This document shows positions 48,411 to 62,472 of a stretch of DNA of 64,000 bases, one piece after another. The DNA comes from Felis catus. Its lineage: Eukaryota. A program made the translations under genes and the position numbers. The stretch lies in assembly GCF_018350175.1 (NCBI RefSeq), contig NC_058368.1, positions 30,754,001 to 30,818,000 on the forward strand. The letters are read 5' to 3'. The stretch's first letter is position 1. Each line of letters opens with the position of its first letter. The notes under the pieces are model-generated. The model saw nothing but the letters and a program-made list of their open reading frames with translations. It ran no database searches and was not told the DNA's origin.

Positions 48411-49289
48411 GCATGTAATTTGGAACATATTTACTCCCTCTTAAATAAGGAATTTTAAATAGATGACTATATACACACATATATACGTGTGTGTGTGTGT
48501 GTGTGTGTGTGTGTTCGTATTTTTTTTTCAGAAGGATGTCCTTTATGGTAGCATGGAGCATAAATTAAATGAAAAGTTAAAATAGAAACAGAGTGACTAC
48601 TTGGGAGGCAATAGTAGCAAAAAATAGGAAGTTCTGAACTAAGACACTATTAAGGAAAAGCATACTGCCTTTATTTTCTCAAGTTCTGATCCAGCTTATC
48701 TTTCATCACTGACTTTGAGGAAATAAACCAGTAAGTGACACATCCAGTTTTTGAAGTAATATCCTTGTAGAAAAGAATGAATAAAGAGCTGGCCCTGATC
48801 TAGTGGGTAAGAATGGGGAATGGGAGTTCTATAAAACTCAGACATACAGGCAAGGCAACCTGTTGCTTGTGAATTTCTGGAGCAATGATCTGAGCCTTTT
48901 TAGATAAAGTTACCTTATTTTTGTGGCATGCCATGAGACCACTGTTTTACAGAATTAAACTTTGAAAAATGTTAATTTAGAAGAAATCTGACCGTATACA
49001 ACCTCTTATATAATGGCCTTCATGCTGGACTCTTAAGCCCTAGGATGAGCAGTCTCCTGGAAATGCAGTCTTATTAACAAAAATACATATGGAACGGAAA
49101 CAGGAACAAAATGCCCACTTATTGGCAGTAGGAGCTCTTGTACACAGACCAGAAATGTGGCATTTTATGGCAATTACTGTATGCGATGTATGTAGCTTGA
49201 ATCTATGTAAGCTACATTAAGAGGAGATCATTTATTAATTTATCCTGGGAACCACTGCATGGGCCTACATAAATTATCATTATAATAAA

Positions 49290-49440
49290 TTATATTTTGG
49301 AGCACTTACTGCATGCCCATCATTCCACTGTGTTACATCCATGTGATTCTCCCCAAAACTCTTTGAACTAGCCACTGTTATTGGCCCATTTTACAGATAG
49401 GGAAATTGAGTCATGAAGAGTTCAATGAACTTATGCAGTT
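49290..49440 (-). mobile_element. MIR fragment
   Basis: CCCATTTTACAGATAGGGAAATTGAG core. Confidence 0.75.
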
Positions 49441-52400
49441 ATAAGTTGATTTTCAGTCACCTTTTAAAATGAAAATTTACTAATTTAATATATTGTTTAT
49501 TCTTGCATTTGGATACAATATTCACTGAATATTCACTTAGACATTCCTAATATGTAAATTTTGATAATTACATAGCTTTATATTAAAACCAGACGTCAGC
49601 ATGTATAATTTAATTTCTGATCACTAGGCAAGTCGGCTTAATAATTCTAAAGAAATACCATTTGTCACCTTCTAGAGAAAAGAATGATCAGGTAGGTTCA
49701 TGTAGATGAAATTTTCTCTTTTAAATTTGGTGATTCTATAGAGGTATACAGAGGGCAAAACATATGGTTTATATTCACATCATATTAGGTTTAGATAGTG
49801 TTGCTTTCTCCATCTTCTCTAGACTGAAGTATAACCTTTGCATATTTATACTGTGAAACTCTTCAATGCAGCTCTTGTCAGGAGCTGATTTGTGACTCTG
49901 AGATTCATCTAGAACTTCTGCAACCAACCCTCGCTTTATCCGCCCAGCCAGGTGCTTTTGTGTTTCAAAAATGTGACATTTTCCTATCCAAATGGATCGG
50001 TTATTTTTAAAGGAAACCTTACCTGTGTCTGATGCGTCTGGTTAAGTTGATAAATATTTCATTGCCACATAACATCTGTGTCTTTAACATCCAGCCATCA
50101 CTTTAATTTGTGAGTGGAAAGGGAAATCATTAGGGTGGCCTTTCATCTTATTAGGAGATGTGTGCTTGGTTTCTGTTAGAAAATAAATATATTTGTAATC
50201 TGCTAAAATTCCCAGCATCACAATTTTTGAAGTGAAACTACCCATAGCAACATTTCCTTAAACAGAATTTACAAATGTGTCATAAATATTTATACTTATC
50301 AGTAGGCATTCTGAATGTCTATGTGTGAAAAACTCTCCACTCAAGATACACGCGCAAGCCTATACATACACAGATCAGTGATCGGCTGGTTTATGTTACT
50401 TAAATCCAAAAACCGAGCTACTTCAACATCTTGCCCAGAAACGAGGGGCTATAAATCATTCATTTTCATTTTTGTTGTCGTCCTCCTAAGACTTAATGGA
50501 AATAGCAGGATTTCTTGCCCTACACTTCTCTCTCCTTCTTCACTTGTCCCTTTGTTAATTAATGGGTAAAGTTAAGGAGTCTACAGGGCTTATAGCTAAT
50601 CAGGGAGTTTCATTTATTGGTTTAGATAAAAGCTTTCAGAATGTTAATGCATCACCCGAGGTGAGCCTGGGAGCATATTTTTGGCAGGAAATACTTCCAA
50701 AGAGAATAGTCTGGAAAGAATGCTTAGCTCAAGCTTGGAATTTACCTCTCCAGGAAACTCCCATCCTTTCTTGTCTTTCCCTATTAATAATTCATTTTAT
50801 GAACTGATATTTATTTAAAATGGGTAATTTTAAGTAGGTTCATGTTTTTTAATTTTTACTTATATTTGGGTGCCCAAGAAGACACTATTTTCCTCTTCGT
50901 TGATCCTTCCCCTCATCCTCCCAAGACCAACCATCAATCTTTTGATATATTTTATTCTCCCGTTTGAGACTTTGATTTGGCAAAGTATTATATTCCAGAC
51001 AGAAGTTTCCAATGCCCTTTTCACTGAAAGACCTTTACCTTGGCAGATGTCTCCCTAACCTAAATATTTGCTTGCGATCTCGCCAAATGTTCCGACAATG
51101 CTGGGCAAAGTACAATGCTTTTTTTCAGCAGAAATATTAATATTTCTTTTGGCCATTTGATGAAAGATTATCATAGCACCCTCTGAGGGCACCAAAGACA
51201 TGGCAGATTAGAACTTCGGTATGTAACCGACTTAATTTTACTTCTTCCCCTTTCCCAAAGAGGAACCATTGTATACTATGACCCCAGAAATGCTGCCACT
51301 CCATTTCTTCAAACAACTGCAGACTTTTGAGTATTCAGATTTTATGTAAGTTATGCCACAGGCAGAAAAGTTCCAGAGAAAAGCAGCTCTCAAGTCTTGG
51401 TTTGTGGAGCACACGGGCTGCTGATGCCTCTTTGGCTTTGCAACTCTCTTTTTGTGAAAGTACTGAGTTCTGCAGTTGCTGGCGTGCCCCACCTGTTGGC
51501 AGTTCTCCCAAACCCCAGCTAGCTTCTTTCCCACTGGGTTTGCTGTTCAGACATGGCTGGCAAACCCCCATGGTACCAAGGCTCTGTCACGTAGCAGAAA
51601 ACACACGGAGCAGGACTCACCCACTGATTCCTTTGGTTTCTAAGTTTTTGAAACAGCTCTGACTTGGAGAGCTCAGTAGCGGAAAGTCTCTACTCCACAG
51701 TTGTTAACTATTTTGCAATCCAAGTACATAACCACACTTCTCTACTCTAAAGACACACAGGCCACCTGTTGCATGTGAATTTCTGGAGCAGTCAAGGATT
51801 TAATTTCAGGCGTGTATATCGGATTTTTGGAATAAAGACAGAGTGATTTGGTACCTGCACAGATACAAGCTGTGTCTCCCTCAGGGTGCATGCCCCACAG
51901 AGACCAAGAATGTAAATAAAGGAACACGTGCGGCATTTTGAAATTGATGGAAGTATTTCTAGAATTGTTTCCCAGGGGGCTGGAAAGGGGGCTAAACGAG
52001 AAAGTAGGGGAGTTTTAAGGCTACATGCGGGGGAATTACGGTAACTTACTGAAGTTTCTAAAGGATGTCTTGACTCAGGAGAAATATCACTTGCTTAAGA
52101 GCTTTTTGCTCAATTTATTCACTAGCAGAGAGAGAATAACAACGCACATCTTACATGGCTGAGGAAATCCAAATTAAAAGACAAGAATATTTATTGTTAT
52201 TAATGCCAAATGCCCACTGAGGAAATTACAGACAAGTGTTGTCATGAACACAATTACGCTATCGGCCACCGTGGGTGACTGGGCCTGGGTGGGCCCCTGA
52301 CTCAAGCTCTTCCAGTCGAGATTCTCACGGCTTTGCCACATCGAAGACGATGTAGATTTGGGTTTAGATCTGTGCAGGTCAAAATTCTGTATCTGCTTTT

Positions 52401-52632
52401 GTTATTCTTCAGAGCAAGGCCAGCTTTGGCACTTCAGGATTCTCTGGAGTCCTGATAGTTGCTGAATTACCCTGTTTCTTTGTTTTTTCCATCCCACAAC
52501 GCAATTTCAAGTCTTAAATTTGCCCATTTGTTGCTTTTGTCAAGACCCCATCTTTACTAACCATCTTCATGGGCTGTGGCTTCTTGCTAACCAAAGCTCC
52601 GATTGCACGAGCATTTAAAACACTCGACTCTA

Positions 52633-53071
52633 GACCCGTGTTATCCGGTAGTAGTCACTATCGACATATGGCTACTTGAATTAATTTAAGTTCAATGACA
52701 TTTAAAAAATCAGCTTTTATGAAGTATCTAGAAAAGTCAAACACATACAGTGGTGGTTGTCAGAGGAGAGGGAAACAGAGTTGCCACTGAGGCATTAAGT
52801 ATCAGGTATATAAAACAATTAGGTTTTAGAGTTCTTCTGTGCATCTTTGTGCCTATGGTTAACAATAAGGTATAGTACAATTAAGATTTCATTACGAGGC
52901 TAGATCTCTTGTTTCATGCGCTTACCTTAATAGCAATTAAATAGTTCAGTTTCTCGGCCACATAGCCAACTTTCAAGTGCTCAATAGCCACAGGTGGCTG
53001 TGACGACCGTATTGGACCGTGCAGACTGAGAATATTTCCATCGTTAGAGGCACTTCCATCAGACTGCACTG
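52633..53071. mobile_element. MER3-like hAT element with a nested L1MB 3' fragment (~52716-52942, plus)
   Basis: CATATGGCTACTTGAA ... TTTCAAGTGCTCAATAGCCACAGGTGGCT...GTATTGGAC...ATATTTCCATC. Confidence 0.8.
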
Positions 53072-53514
53072 ACTAAACTGTTGATGTGTCTGGAACTTTT
53101 TTTTTTTTTTTTTAACGTGACAAGGCAAAGCAAATTCTCTGAATCGGGGCACACAGAATGTAAGTAACAGACAACATAATTCAAACAAGTGTCTCAAAGG
53201 CAGCATATTCACTCATGAAGCAGGGAGGCCTCCGAGTTGGTCTCATTCAACCACATAATAGGCATGTCAAAACCTTGGGAGTTTTTGTCCTATTCTGATG
53301 TGTGCCTGCTTTAGTCTAAGGGCTATCTTTTCCACATAGCCACAGGGCATTTTCCCACAATTCACACAGCTAGATAGTTCTAAAAATCTAATAGAATTAT
53401 GTATCGTCAGAACACTGAGGAAGGGTTTTTCCTTTAGATGTGGATGCAAGTCTTTCCTGAAATTCATCAGCCCAAATTGTATTACTTTCCAGCCTTCAAA
53501 CAAATCTGTGGCTT

Positions 53515-53725
53515 GGGGTGCCTGGGTGGCTCTGTCGGTTGAGCATCTGATTTCAGCTCAGGTCGTGATCTCGCGGTCTGTGAGTTCAAGCCCCGCGTTG
53601 AGCTCTGTGCTGACAGCTCAGAGCCTGGAGCCTGCTTTGGATTCTGTGTCTGCCTCTCTCTCTGCCTGTCTGCTCATGCTCTGTCTCTCTCTCTCTCTCT
53701 GTCAAAAATAAACATTAAAAAACAA
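53515..53725 (+). mobile_element. Can-SINE
   Basis: TSD AAACAAATCTGTGGCT on both sides. Confidence 0.95.
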
Positions 53726-53877
53726 AACAAATCTGTGGCTAAAGAACAGGATTGCACGGTTTAGTTCAGTCATCAATGCAAGGAATGTGTGGATGCGTGA
53801 ATGAAAAAATCAGGATAGGTAAAGAGAGGAAATGATTGGTAGGAAGGTGCCCAAAATGTCTATTAATGCTCTTTATT

Positions 53878-54054
53878 AGTAGCTCTCAACAAAAAATGAT
53901 TTTACCCTGCAGGGAACACTGTTAATTGTCATGACTGGAGGCGCTCTACTGTCATTTAGTGGGTGGAGGCCAGGAATTCTAAACATGCTGCAGTGCACCC
54001 GACAGTCGACAAAGATCTGGGCCATTGTTAACAAGGCTGAGGTTAAGAAATCCT
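53878..54054 (+). mobile_element. Degenerate MER20
   Basis: TAGTGGGTGGAGGCCAGGAATTCTAAACATG...GCTGAGGTTAAGAAATCCTG. Confidence 0.7.
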
Positions 54055-54109
54055 GTTTGATGAGATTGTATCATATGGGATCTAGTTTAAATTTAAAAGT
54101 TAACCTTCA

Positions 54110-54590
54110 TGACTTGCGTAACTGGACAATACAGAGTTAGAGCTGGCTTCAGGCAAGACCTGATCCAGAAGTCTTCGCAAAGTCTTAACACACTCCACCT
54201 ATCCTTCCTTGTAGTTGTCTTGGCTCTTCCATCATCTGGATTCTCAAGTTATCTTCTTCATGGTAGCACCAATAGTTGTTACATTCCAACTTTGTTACAT
54301 CCATGCAACCAGCCATCTGGTGAACAGAGACTTGTTTCCAGCAACTTTTCTTCTTAGAGCTGGCCAGCAAATAGCATCTTTATTCCAATTAGCCAGAATG
54401 GCATCACATGTATCACATTTCTGAACCAGTCTGTGACTGAGAACTTGGTCACTTTCACCCAAGTGTTACACAGCTGAGAATAAGAGGTGGGTAATTTTGT
54501 AAGGAAAATCCTGGACACACTGGTGGGATCGTGGGGAGACTTGATTCTACACAGGCAATTAACAAATGCTATGGTGTTGCTGGATTGCAT
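54110..54590 (-). mobile_element. Old MaLR LTR fragment (MLT1K/L-like)
   Basis: GCTGGCTTCAGGCAAGACCTGATCCAG; TTCTGAACCAGTCTGTGAC. Confidence 0.5.
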
Positions 54591-54899
54591 TAGTATTAAC
54601 TCTACACAGCATCTAGAAGACTAGAATTTGTGTGTCACTTCAGCAGAACTCAGACCCATAACTGCAGAAATGGGATGGGAGAATCAAGTAAATTCACAGT
54701 AAACTTCAAGTGTGTGCTTGACCAGAGACCTGCTTTCCTGCTGGTTCCTTGGCATCTGATTCTTTTAGAGCATCTACTGCATTTTACTCCGTTTCAGCAA
54801 AGAGAGCTAATTACCTGTAGGGCATTTTTTACTTCCTCATGTGAGATTTTAAGTTCACTTGTATCTCTACCTTGCATTAGTTACAAGGCATGGAGAGGT

Positions 54900-55045
54900 T
54901 GCTGAATCCTGAGTGACATTAATTTCCTCATTTGACAGATGGAAATAGTACCTGCTTCCTAGTGTTGCTTTGAGAATTAATGTAAAAAAATGAAAAAATG
55001 AGTAATGATTTTAAGAGTAACCATGTTTATAAATGGCTCATCAAT
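54900..55045 (+). mobile_element. MIR fragment
   Basis: TTTCCTCATTTGACAGATGGAAATAGTACCT...GCTCATCAATATTAGCT. Confidence 0.6.
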
Positions 55046-56107
55046 ATTAGCTCTGATTATTACTCAGTGGAATTCAGTTACCAAGGCCAGAAACATTGTT
55101 GCCATTTCATTGTGTTTAATCTAAGAATTATTTGGAAATACTTCCATGATGCTTATTTCTAAATTATAGCTATTGAACTCTGTAATATTTTACACCACTT
55201 GTAAGTATTCTACTGCCTGAAAATTGTCTTCTTCATTCCTGTTATTTAATAAAGGTTCCTTTCTGGAATCTTTGATTTCATATTTAGACAGATGGATAGA
55301 TAGAATTACTTAGCATATTTTCTATTTTCCAAAGTTATAATCTTCAATTAAAAAAAAAGAGATGAAACATTAACCATACTCCTACTAAGACTGAAAGGTA
55401 GAAATGCATAGCAGGTATGTGCTGTTGTTTTTAATTTTCCTTCTTTTACACATGAATAAGCAGAAAAAGAGAATTGAATGTGGCTCGAATAGTTAGAGAC
55501 AGTTTTCAATTTAACTTCTCCAGGAAAGAAAAAATAGTTTACTTCTACATTTGAATGGTTGGAGATGGTCCCTAGACCCCTTCAAATGAAAGAAAAAGTA
55601 ACTAACATTTCTTGGGTGCCTATCTGTTATATCTCAGGCAGATATTAGGTAATTAATTAATGCACGAGATGCTCTTTTCGTTGGGAGTTCATAATATTAA
55701 ATCTGCAAAAAACCAAGTAATTTGCTGAAACTTGAGCAAGTAGAGAAACAGGGTGACCAATATGGATTTGATTGGCTTCGAGTTCTGTGGTTTTTTCTTC
55801 CCTTCATTCTGGCTGCCTCAGAGACCTATCCATATGCACCACTATAACTTTATCCTGTCGTGAGCTTAAAAAGGATTCCTTGTGTTTTATGACTATGTTC
55901 ATCTCACTGTTTTTTACAGGGAATGGTGGATTCCGTGTCTTTAGATAGGATGTATATATCTTCCTGGGGAGGAACTGCTCATCTGGTAGGAAGGCGTAGA
56001 TGATGTTGAATTTCTTCTGCTTGTGTTTGCTTTTTGTGTACGTACTCTTATTTCCTAACCCTCTTGAGAGCAGTTCTGAATTCCCTGTGCCTCTCAGATT
56101 TTTTTTT

Positions 56108-57452
56108 CTTACACCACACACACAAATTAACTCAAAGTGGATGGAAGCCTTGCACGTGAGACCTGAAACCATAAAACTCCTAGAAGAAAACATAGGCAAT
56201 AAACTCCTTGCCATTGGTCTTGGAGATGCTTTCTTGGATCTGACAACAAAAGCAAACACAACAAAAGCAAAATTAACCCCTGGTGGGACCCCATCAAACC
56301 AAAAAAGTTTCTGCCCAGGAAAGGAAGCCAGCAAGAAAATGAAAAAGTCACCCACTGAATGGGAGAAAGGGTTTGTGAATCATATATCCAATTTAGTCTC
56401 GAAAATATATGAAGAGCTCCTGCAACTCAATAGCAAAACAAACAAAAAACACACATAATAATACTGCGTGAGCAGAGGATCTGAATGGACATTTTTACAT
56501 AGAAGACCTACATATATGGCCAACAGGCACATGCAAAGGTGCTCAACATTGCTAATCATCAGGGGAATGCAAATCAAAACCGCAACGGGCTGTTGCCTGT
56601 TAGAATGGCTTTCATTAGAAAGATGAGAAAAAAGCAAGTTTTGGCGAGGAAATGGAGAGAAGGGGACCTTTGCATAACGTTGGCAGGGAGGTAAATTCGT
56701 GCAGCCACTTTGGAAGACAGCATGGAGGTTTCTCAAGATATTGAACATAGAGCTATCATGATCCAGTAATTCTACTACTAGGAAGTTAACCCAAGTAAAC
56801 AAAAACGCTGATTTGAAAATTATACATAGCCCCATGTTCATTGCCGCTTGGAAGCACCCTAAGTGCCCATTGATAGATGAGTAGATAAAGATGTGGTACA
56901 CACATGCACATGAGGGATACGATTAAGCCACAAAATAGAAATCTTGCCATTTGCGACCGTACAGATGGACCTAGGGCGTATTATGCGGGGTGAGATAAGT
57001 CATACAGAACAAACACTGTGTTATTTCTTCCGTGTGGAATCTGAAAAACAAAATGGATCGAGCACAACATGAATCACAGATACTGAAAACTGAATGCTGG
57101 CCGCTAGAGGAGGATGTTTTGGAGGGTGGGCAAAATGGGTGAAGCAGGTACAAAGAGGTACAAAGTTCCAAATATAAAACAAGTCATGGGATGTGAGGTA
57201 TAGCAGGGTGAGTACAGCCAATAATATTGTGGTATATTATTGTCTAAATTTTAAGCATAAACTTAGATGTTGCTAAGAGAGTAAACCCTAAAAGTTCTTA
57301 TAAGAAAAAAAAGTGTATGTATCTCTGTATGGTGACCGATGGTTATTAGACTTCTTCTGGTGATCATTTTTCAGTGTAGACAACTATCCAATCATTATGT
57401 TGTATAACTGAGACTAGTAGAATGTTATATCTCAATTATACCTCAGTAAAAC
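56108..57452 (+). mobile_element. 5'-truncated L1 (ORF2 C-terminus and 3' UTR; L1MA9/L1_Carn-like)
   Basis: Translation TPHTQINSKWMEALHVRPETIKLLEENIG; 3' end TCTCAATTATACCTCAGTAAAA. Confidence 0.92.
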
Positions 57453-57847
57453 ATGTATAAACAAGTTTATTATCGACTCTTAACAAATAAATTTATAACA
57501 GTATAGTATGTAAATATAGTATTTTACATGACTTTTGAAGATGCATAGTACAGGATATATATGTCATTTCAAAACACTTTCATTTGCCTAAGAAAAGGTC
57601 ATTATTACTTTATCTGACTATGAGTTTTAGAATGAAAAGAAAGAAGAAAATAAAGAATTTCAATGGTAAGGATTGTGCTGAAGAGGGAAAAAATGGTGGG
57701 TGGTCCTTAGATGGATGAAATTTACATTTGTATTTATTAGTAGAGATAAATTGGCAAAAACAGATTTATAGCTGAACAATAGAACAAAATTTTTGCAGTC
57801 TCTAAAAAAATTAAACAAACCAAAACATGGGCACATTGTTTTCTTAT

Positions 57848-58389
57848 TTTGGTTTACCTATTGATGCATAGCCAACTATCCCAAAACTTAGACCCTTGGA
57901 ATATCAGCCATTTTATCATGTCTCCAGATTTTGTGGTCAAGAATGAGTTCAGGAGTCTGCCGTCGGAGTTTTCTACTCTACGTGGCACCAGCCAGGGTAA
58001 CTTGATTATATTCATCTGGTGGGTGAACTGATTTGTGGAGGGTCCAGGATGGCTGCACTCAGATATATATGACATCTTGGCAGGAATGCACTCTGAAGGC
58101 CAGGCTCAGCTGGCGAGGCACCCGAAGGTCTCAGCAATGGTCTTTCTAGTGCTGTGCTTTCAAGGTAAATAACTTCTTACTTGGTAGCTCAGGACTCCTC
58201 AAGAGTTCATTGCAAAAGACTTGGGCAAAAGCTGCAAGACTTCTTTTGATTTAGCTTCATAAATCCCAGAACATTCCTTCTGTAGTGTTTTATTAAATAA
58301 GTCACACATTTCAGCCCAGATCCAAGCCAAGAGGGATTGGCTCAATGGGAGGAGAGTCCAAGTATTTTTAGCCATCTTTAATCTGTGAC
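57848..58389 (-). mobile_element. MaLR solo LTR (MLT1G/H-like)
   Basis: CCCAAAACTTAG...GAGGGTCCAGGATGGCT...AAGCTGCAAGACTTCTT...GCCATCTTTAATC. Confidence 0.75.
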
Positions 58390-59956
58390 CTTCATTCTTT
58401 TGCTCTATGCTATGTACTCTAAATTAGGTAATGGATTATTTGTCAGCAACAGTTTCTAGCCCTGATAGAGTTTTAATTGTTGAGATGGGCACAACATATA
58501 AGGCAAAAACCAAAAAAAGGCCAAATACACAAAAATCACCTAGGCACTTACAGTTAACATCACTAAGATTGCCTGCATTATGACCACAAACGAATTTCTA
58601 ATATTTGTATAGATGAATCAACTAGAAATATGTTACCCTGAAATGGAAGAGATGATAATTCTGGTGTTTACCCCTCAGAAGAGAAACTTACTTAGAGTTT
58701 ATATTTTCCTCTACTTTAAATTTCTCAGTTCTGGTAATGCTCTGATTTGCATATCCCATGCTTCTGTGCCATGTGACAATTCAGTGAGCAGAATAGTCAT
58801 TTTTAGGAGTATGACACCTTTTTAGAGAGGAAAAGCAAAGGGATGTATAATCAAGAGTCCTAAGTAGTTGACAAACTTTGACCTCGAGGCAAATTTCCCC
58901 AGGATGCCAAAATTGCATTCTTTTATTCTTGTCTCTTTAATGAAGTTACTGAAGGGTAGACATCTCAGGTTCTTCCTCCAGATGCCATGGTTCCTGTTCA
59001 TAAATTTTTCACATTTCTACTATTGGCTAAAATGAAACCTACTGCAAAAATTAAACCCAACTGCCAGGAACCGAGGTTAGATGAGTCCTCAATTGTTCTT
59101 TTCTAGTAGAACATTTGTTGGGCCTTTCTATAAGGTTAAAAAGCATCAGAGAATGAAATGAAGATGGCCCAACCTGTTTTGATAATGGCTATAGAATGGT
59201 TATGATTGTATTTAAATTTACATAAACATGAATATATTAAGCTAGCAGACAAGAACTTTACAACTAGAGAAAATTGAAATAAAGCCGGAATACACTTAAT
59301 TATCTAAATTGCTATCGATATCTATCATTGCAAAGTAGCAACAGCAGTGTAATTTTGTCCTAAGCCTCTAAACACTCAACAAAAGAGCGAGACTCCATAT
59401 ATTCCTATAACCCCCAGTGGAGGTATTGAGATTACACATGCTTTCACTAATTTAAAGAGGGACTTTCACACTGGGATGCATTAAAAAGAGAACATTTAAA
59501 TAAAAAGCAATTTGCTTTGCCTGTAATTGAATTCCCCTTGCTGTTATTGCTAATTATTGACAATATTTGTGATTGACTAAGAAGCTTTTGCATTCAGAGA
59601 CAAAATTATTTTTCTGCTGGATCTTAGAAGACAGCGGCTGTCTTTTCAATATCACAGACTGTTACCATGGAAATGATTGTGATTTGAGAAATGTATCGGC
59701 AACATGCAAAAAATTGCTCTGTTCAGAGAATTCCCTTCCCTTTACTGCTCTGGGCATTGTACAGTCTTGCATAGTAAGTACATGATAATGACTTCTCACA
59801 TTTATATAATGTGCCTTTGTTTTACAAAGTACTACACAATAGATAGAGCGTGGTATATACAACTATAAAGGAAGGAGTAGAAAAGTAAATTGAAAACAAT
59901 GAAATGGAATTATTTTATATTTTAGGACAATTTTACAATTAGAATAATTGGATGCT

Positions 59957-60166
59957 TTTTTTTTTAACGTTTATTTATTTTTGAGACAGAGAGAGACAGA
60001 GCATGAACAGGGGAGGGTCAGAGAGAGGGAAACACAGAATCTTAAACAGGCTCCAGGCTCTGAGCTGTCAGCACAGAGCCCAATGCGGAGCTCGAACTCA
60101 TAGACCGCGAGATCACGACCTGAGCCGAAGTCGGACGCTTAACCGACTGAGCCACCCAGGCACCCC
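59957..60166 (-). mobile_element. Can-SINE
   Basis: Near-consensus; flanking TACAATTAGAATWATTG repeat. Confidence 0.95.
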
Positions 60167-60267
60167 ATACAATTAGAATTATTGAAAAGATATTTGTAAT
60201 CATGATCTCAATAAGAAAATAACAATGTTTTATTTCAAAGCAATTTCCTATTCCTGGGGCTGTTACC

Positions 60268-60270
<3 letters not shown>

Positions 60271-60318
<48 letters not shown>
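60271..60318. repeat. (CT)n microsatellite
   Basis: Directly visible, about 24 units. Confidence 0.97.
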
Positions 60319-60322
<4 letters not shown>

Positions 60323-61989
60323 ATTTTTTGCCATTTATTATTTTTGATGTGAATGGCCAGACTTGTTAGCCCACTTCTCTGTCAAGACAAACATCATCTC
60401 TGCTCAGATTATTAGAAGAGGCTCCCCCGCCTTCCATATTATTTGGTCTAATTTAGAGTTAGATTCTTAAGAGTTTCTCCAAAAAAATCTATGCCATAGA
60501 GAATTTATCCTAAGATAGTCTTGTTTTTTCAAAGACTAATGCAGACAGATCATACTTGGAAAAAGAAGTAATGGAGAAAATAAATGGAATGCCTTAGGAT
60601 GAGTGAGAAACTCAGAGATTAGGTATCCACAAGATACCTAGTCTAACTACCTACCTTTCTGGTTTCTTGCCGTGACACCTAGAAGGTAGGATTGTCCTTC
60701 CCTTTTTAACTGAGTTCTGTGAATGGATATTTTTTAACCTTGCAACTTTAGAAACTTTAACTCAAACTGAAATATATAGGAGTATGAGATAGTAAGCAAC
60801 ATTAGAAAAAAAATTTTGCAGAATTAGATAGGAAATAGCAAGAGAGCCAATGAGAATTCTTCTGCTTGGGATCTAAATCTGAGAGTCTGTGATGTACAGA
60901 AGTCAGACAGCTCATGATATCCTGTAGCTCTTAGAACTCACACTGCGTACCTGATCGGGGGATTCCAATTCCATGTTGCCAGGCATGCTTGAAGGAAACA
61001 CAGACAAGGACAAAATTTATATATAAACTCCGCAGTGAAGCCCTTTTGTACTTACGGTCAGTTTCTGTGCCTAATCCAAATTTGCTGACATACCAGGTGT
61101 TTTTAATTAGTGCTTTTGCTTTTTTGGCAAAACTAGACACTCTGATAATTAGAATGTCAGTGTTTGGACGAAAAGGATGATTTGAAGAATTGCATGGCAC
61201 CCTCCAATTACTGCCAACCCCAATCAACAACCATTAGTCAAGAAATAGGGTGGTCTCTTCTCCTACGATGCGGGACTAGAGTTGCTATTCAGTTCATGTT
61301 CATTTTCCCAAGTGGTGTTTTGGAGAGAAGATACTTTGTTGCAAAGTTGTAATATATGCATGATTCCAAGGATCGTATCAGTTACTCTGTAACCCTTTCC
61401 GGCAGCAACTTCCCCACCCTTGCATTTTGCCACAGCCCTTTTCCAACCCTAAAACTATATTAAGGGAACCAATGATTCCCTCAAAACTTGACTAGGGGAG
61501 AATTTACTTTAATAAAACAACAGTTAAGTAATTATAAGAATCCAATATAGATACGACTTATTAAAAACACTAGAATAATAAAAAGAGCCATTAGAAGGAT
61601 GAAAAACATCAAGAAGGGAGGTAGAGCCAGAGGAATCTAATTCCAAAATACTGCAACATAAGAAAAGGAGAATTGTGACTTTCTGATGGGAAGGTGAAAT
61701 TGCTGGCTGAATGCTGGCTAAGCTTTGGGTATACCTTACCAAACAGGGCATTCAGAAAAGCTACAGTCTTACCAGCTACAGTTACAAAGTGCAAAAAACA
61801 GGGCAGTGGTAGCTTCTGGAAATTGAAGTGAAATCAAGGCAGCAGGAGACCTGAAGAAGGAATGAGATCTAAATTCAATGCAGAAGCTGCCCCAAATCCA
61901 TGACTGACAGCTAAACTACAAGTGAGTAGTTGGGGCTTCACTACTCATGTGTGTGAGACACATCTAAAGATCAGAGAAGGGTCGGAAAA

Positions 61990-62424
61990 CATTTGATGAT
62001 TGAAAAATATCACTGCACAGAGCCGTATCCTGATGAGAGACAATACGCCAAAATACAAAACAGTTGTAAATATTTATTCACATGATTAACAGTTTCAAAA
62101 TATATACAGCAAAAATTCTTGGTAAATAAGGGAGAAATGGGCAAATTTTAAGTCAGTTTTGGAGATTTGAACATATTTCACTCAGTAATTGACCAAATAA
62201 AAATAATAAGCCTGCAGAAGATCTGAGCGACCTTCTTAACTGCTATACTCAACTGTACCCAACAGCTGCAGTATATACATTATTTTTTTCACAAATTATC
62301 TTTAGAACATATGGAACCAAGTTATGCAATACAGTATGCCATAAAACAAATCACAGTGGATTTCAGAAGACTGAAAGCTTACAGAATTCAGAAATCCCTC
62401 TTATGTGCACACACGTGCACACGT

Positions 62425-62472
<48 letters not shown>

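Noticed and set aside
49190..49217. 9-bp inverted repeat ATGTAGCTT/AAGCTACAT
   Set aside because: Too short to exceed chance in 64 kb of AT-rich DNA
50023..50172. 150-nt minus-strand exon-like segment (ttttctaacAG ... CAG|GTAAGG)
   Set aside because: Stops in all three frames; no other support, though a non-coding exon cannot be excluded
55804..56901. ORFs of 152-183 aa on both strands
   Set aside because: Decayed L1 ORF2 C-terminus and its antisense; frameshifted
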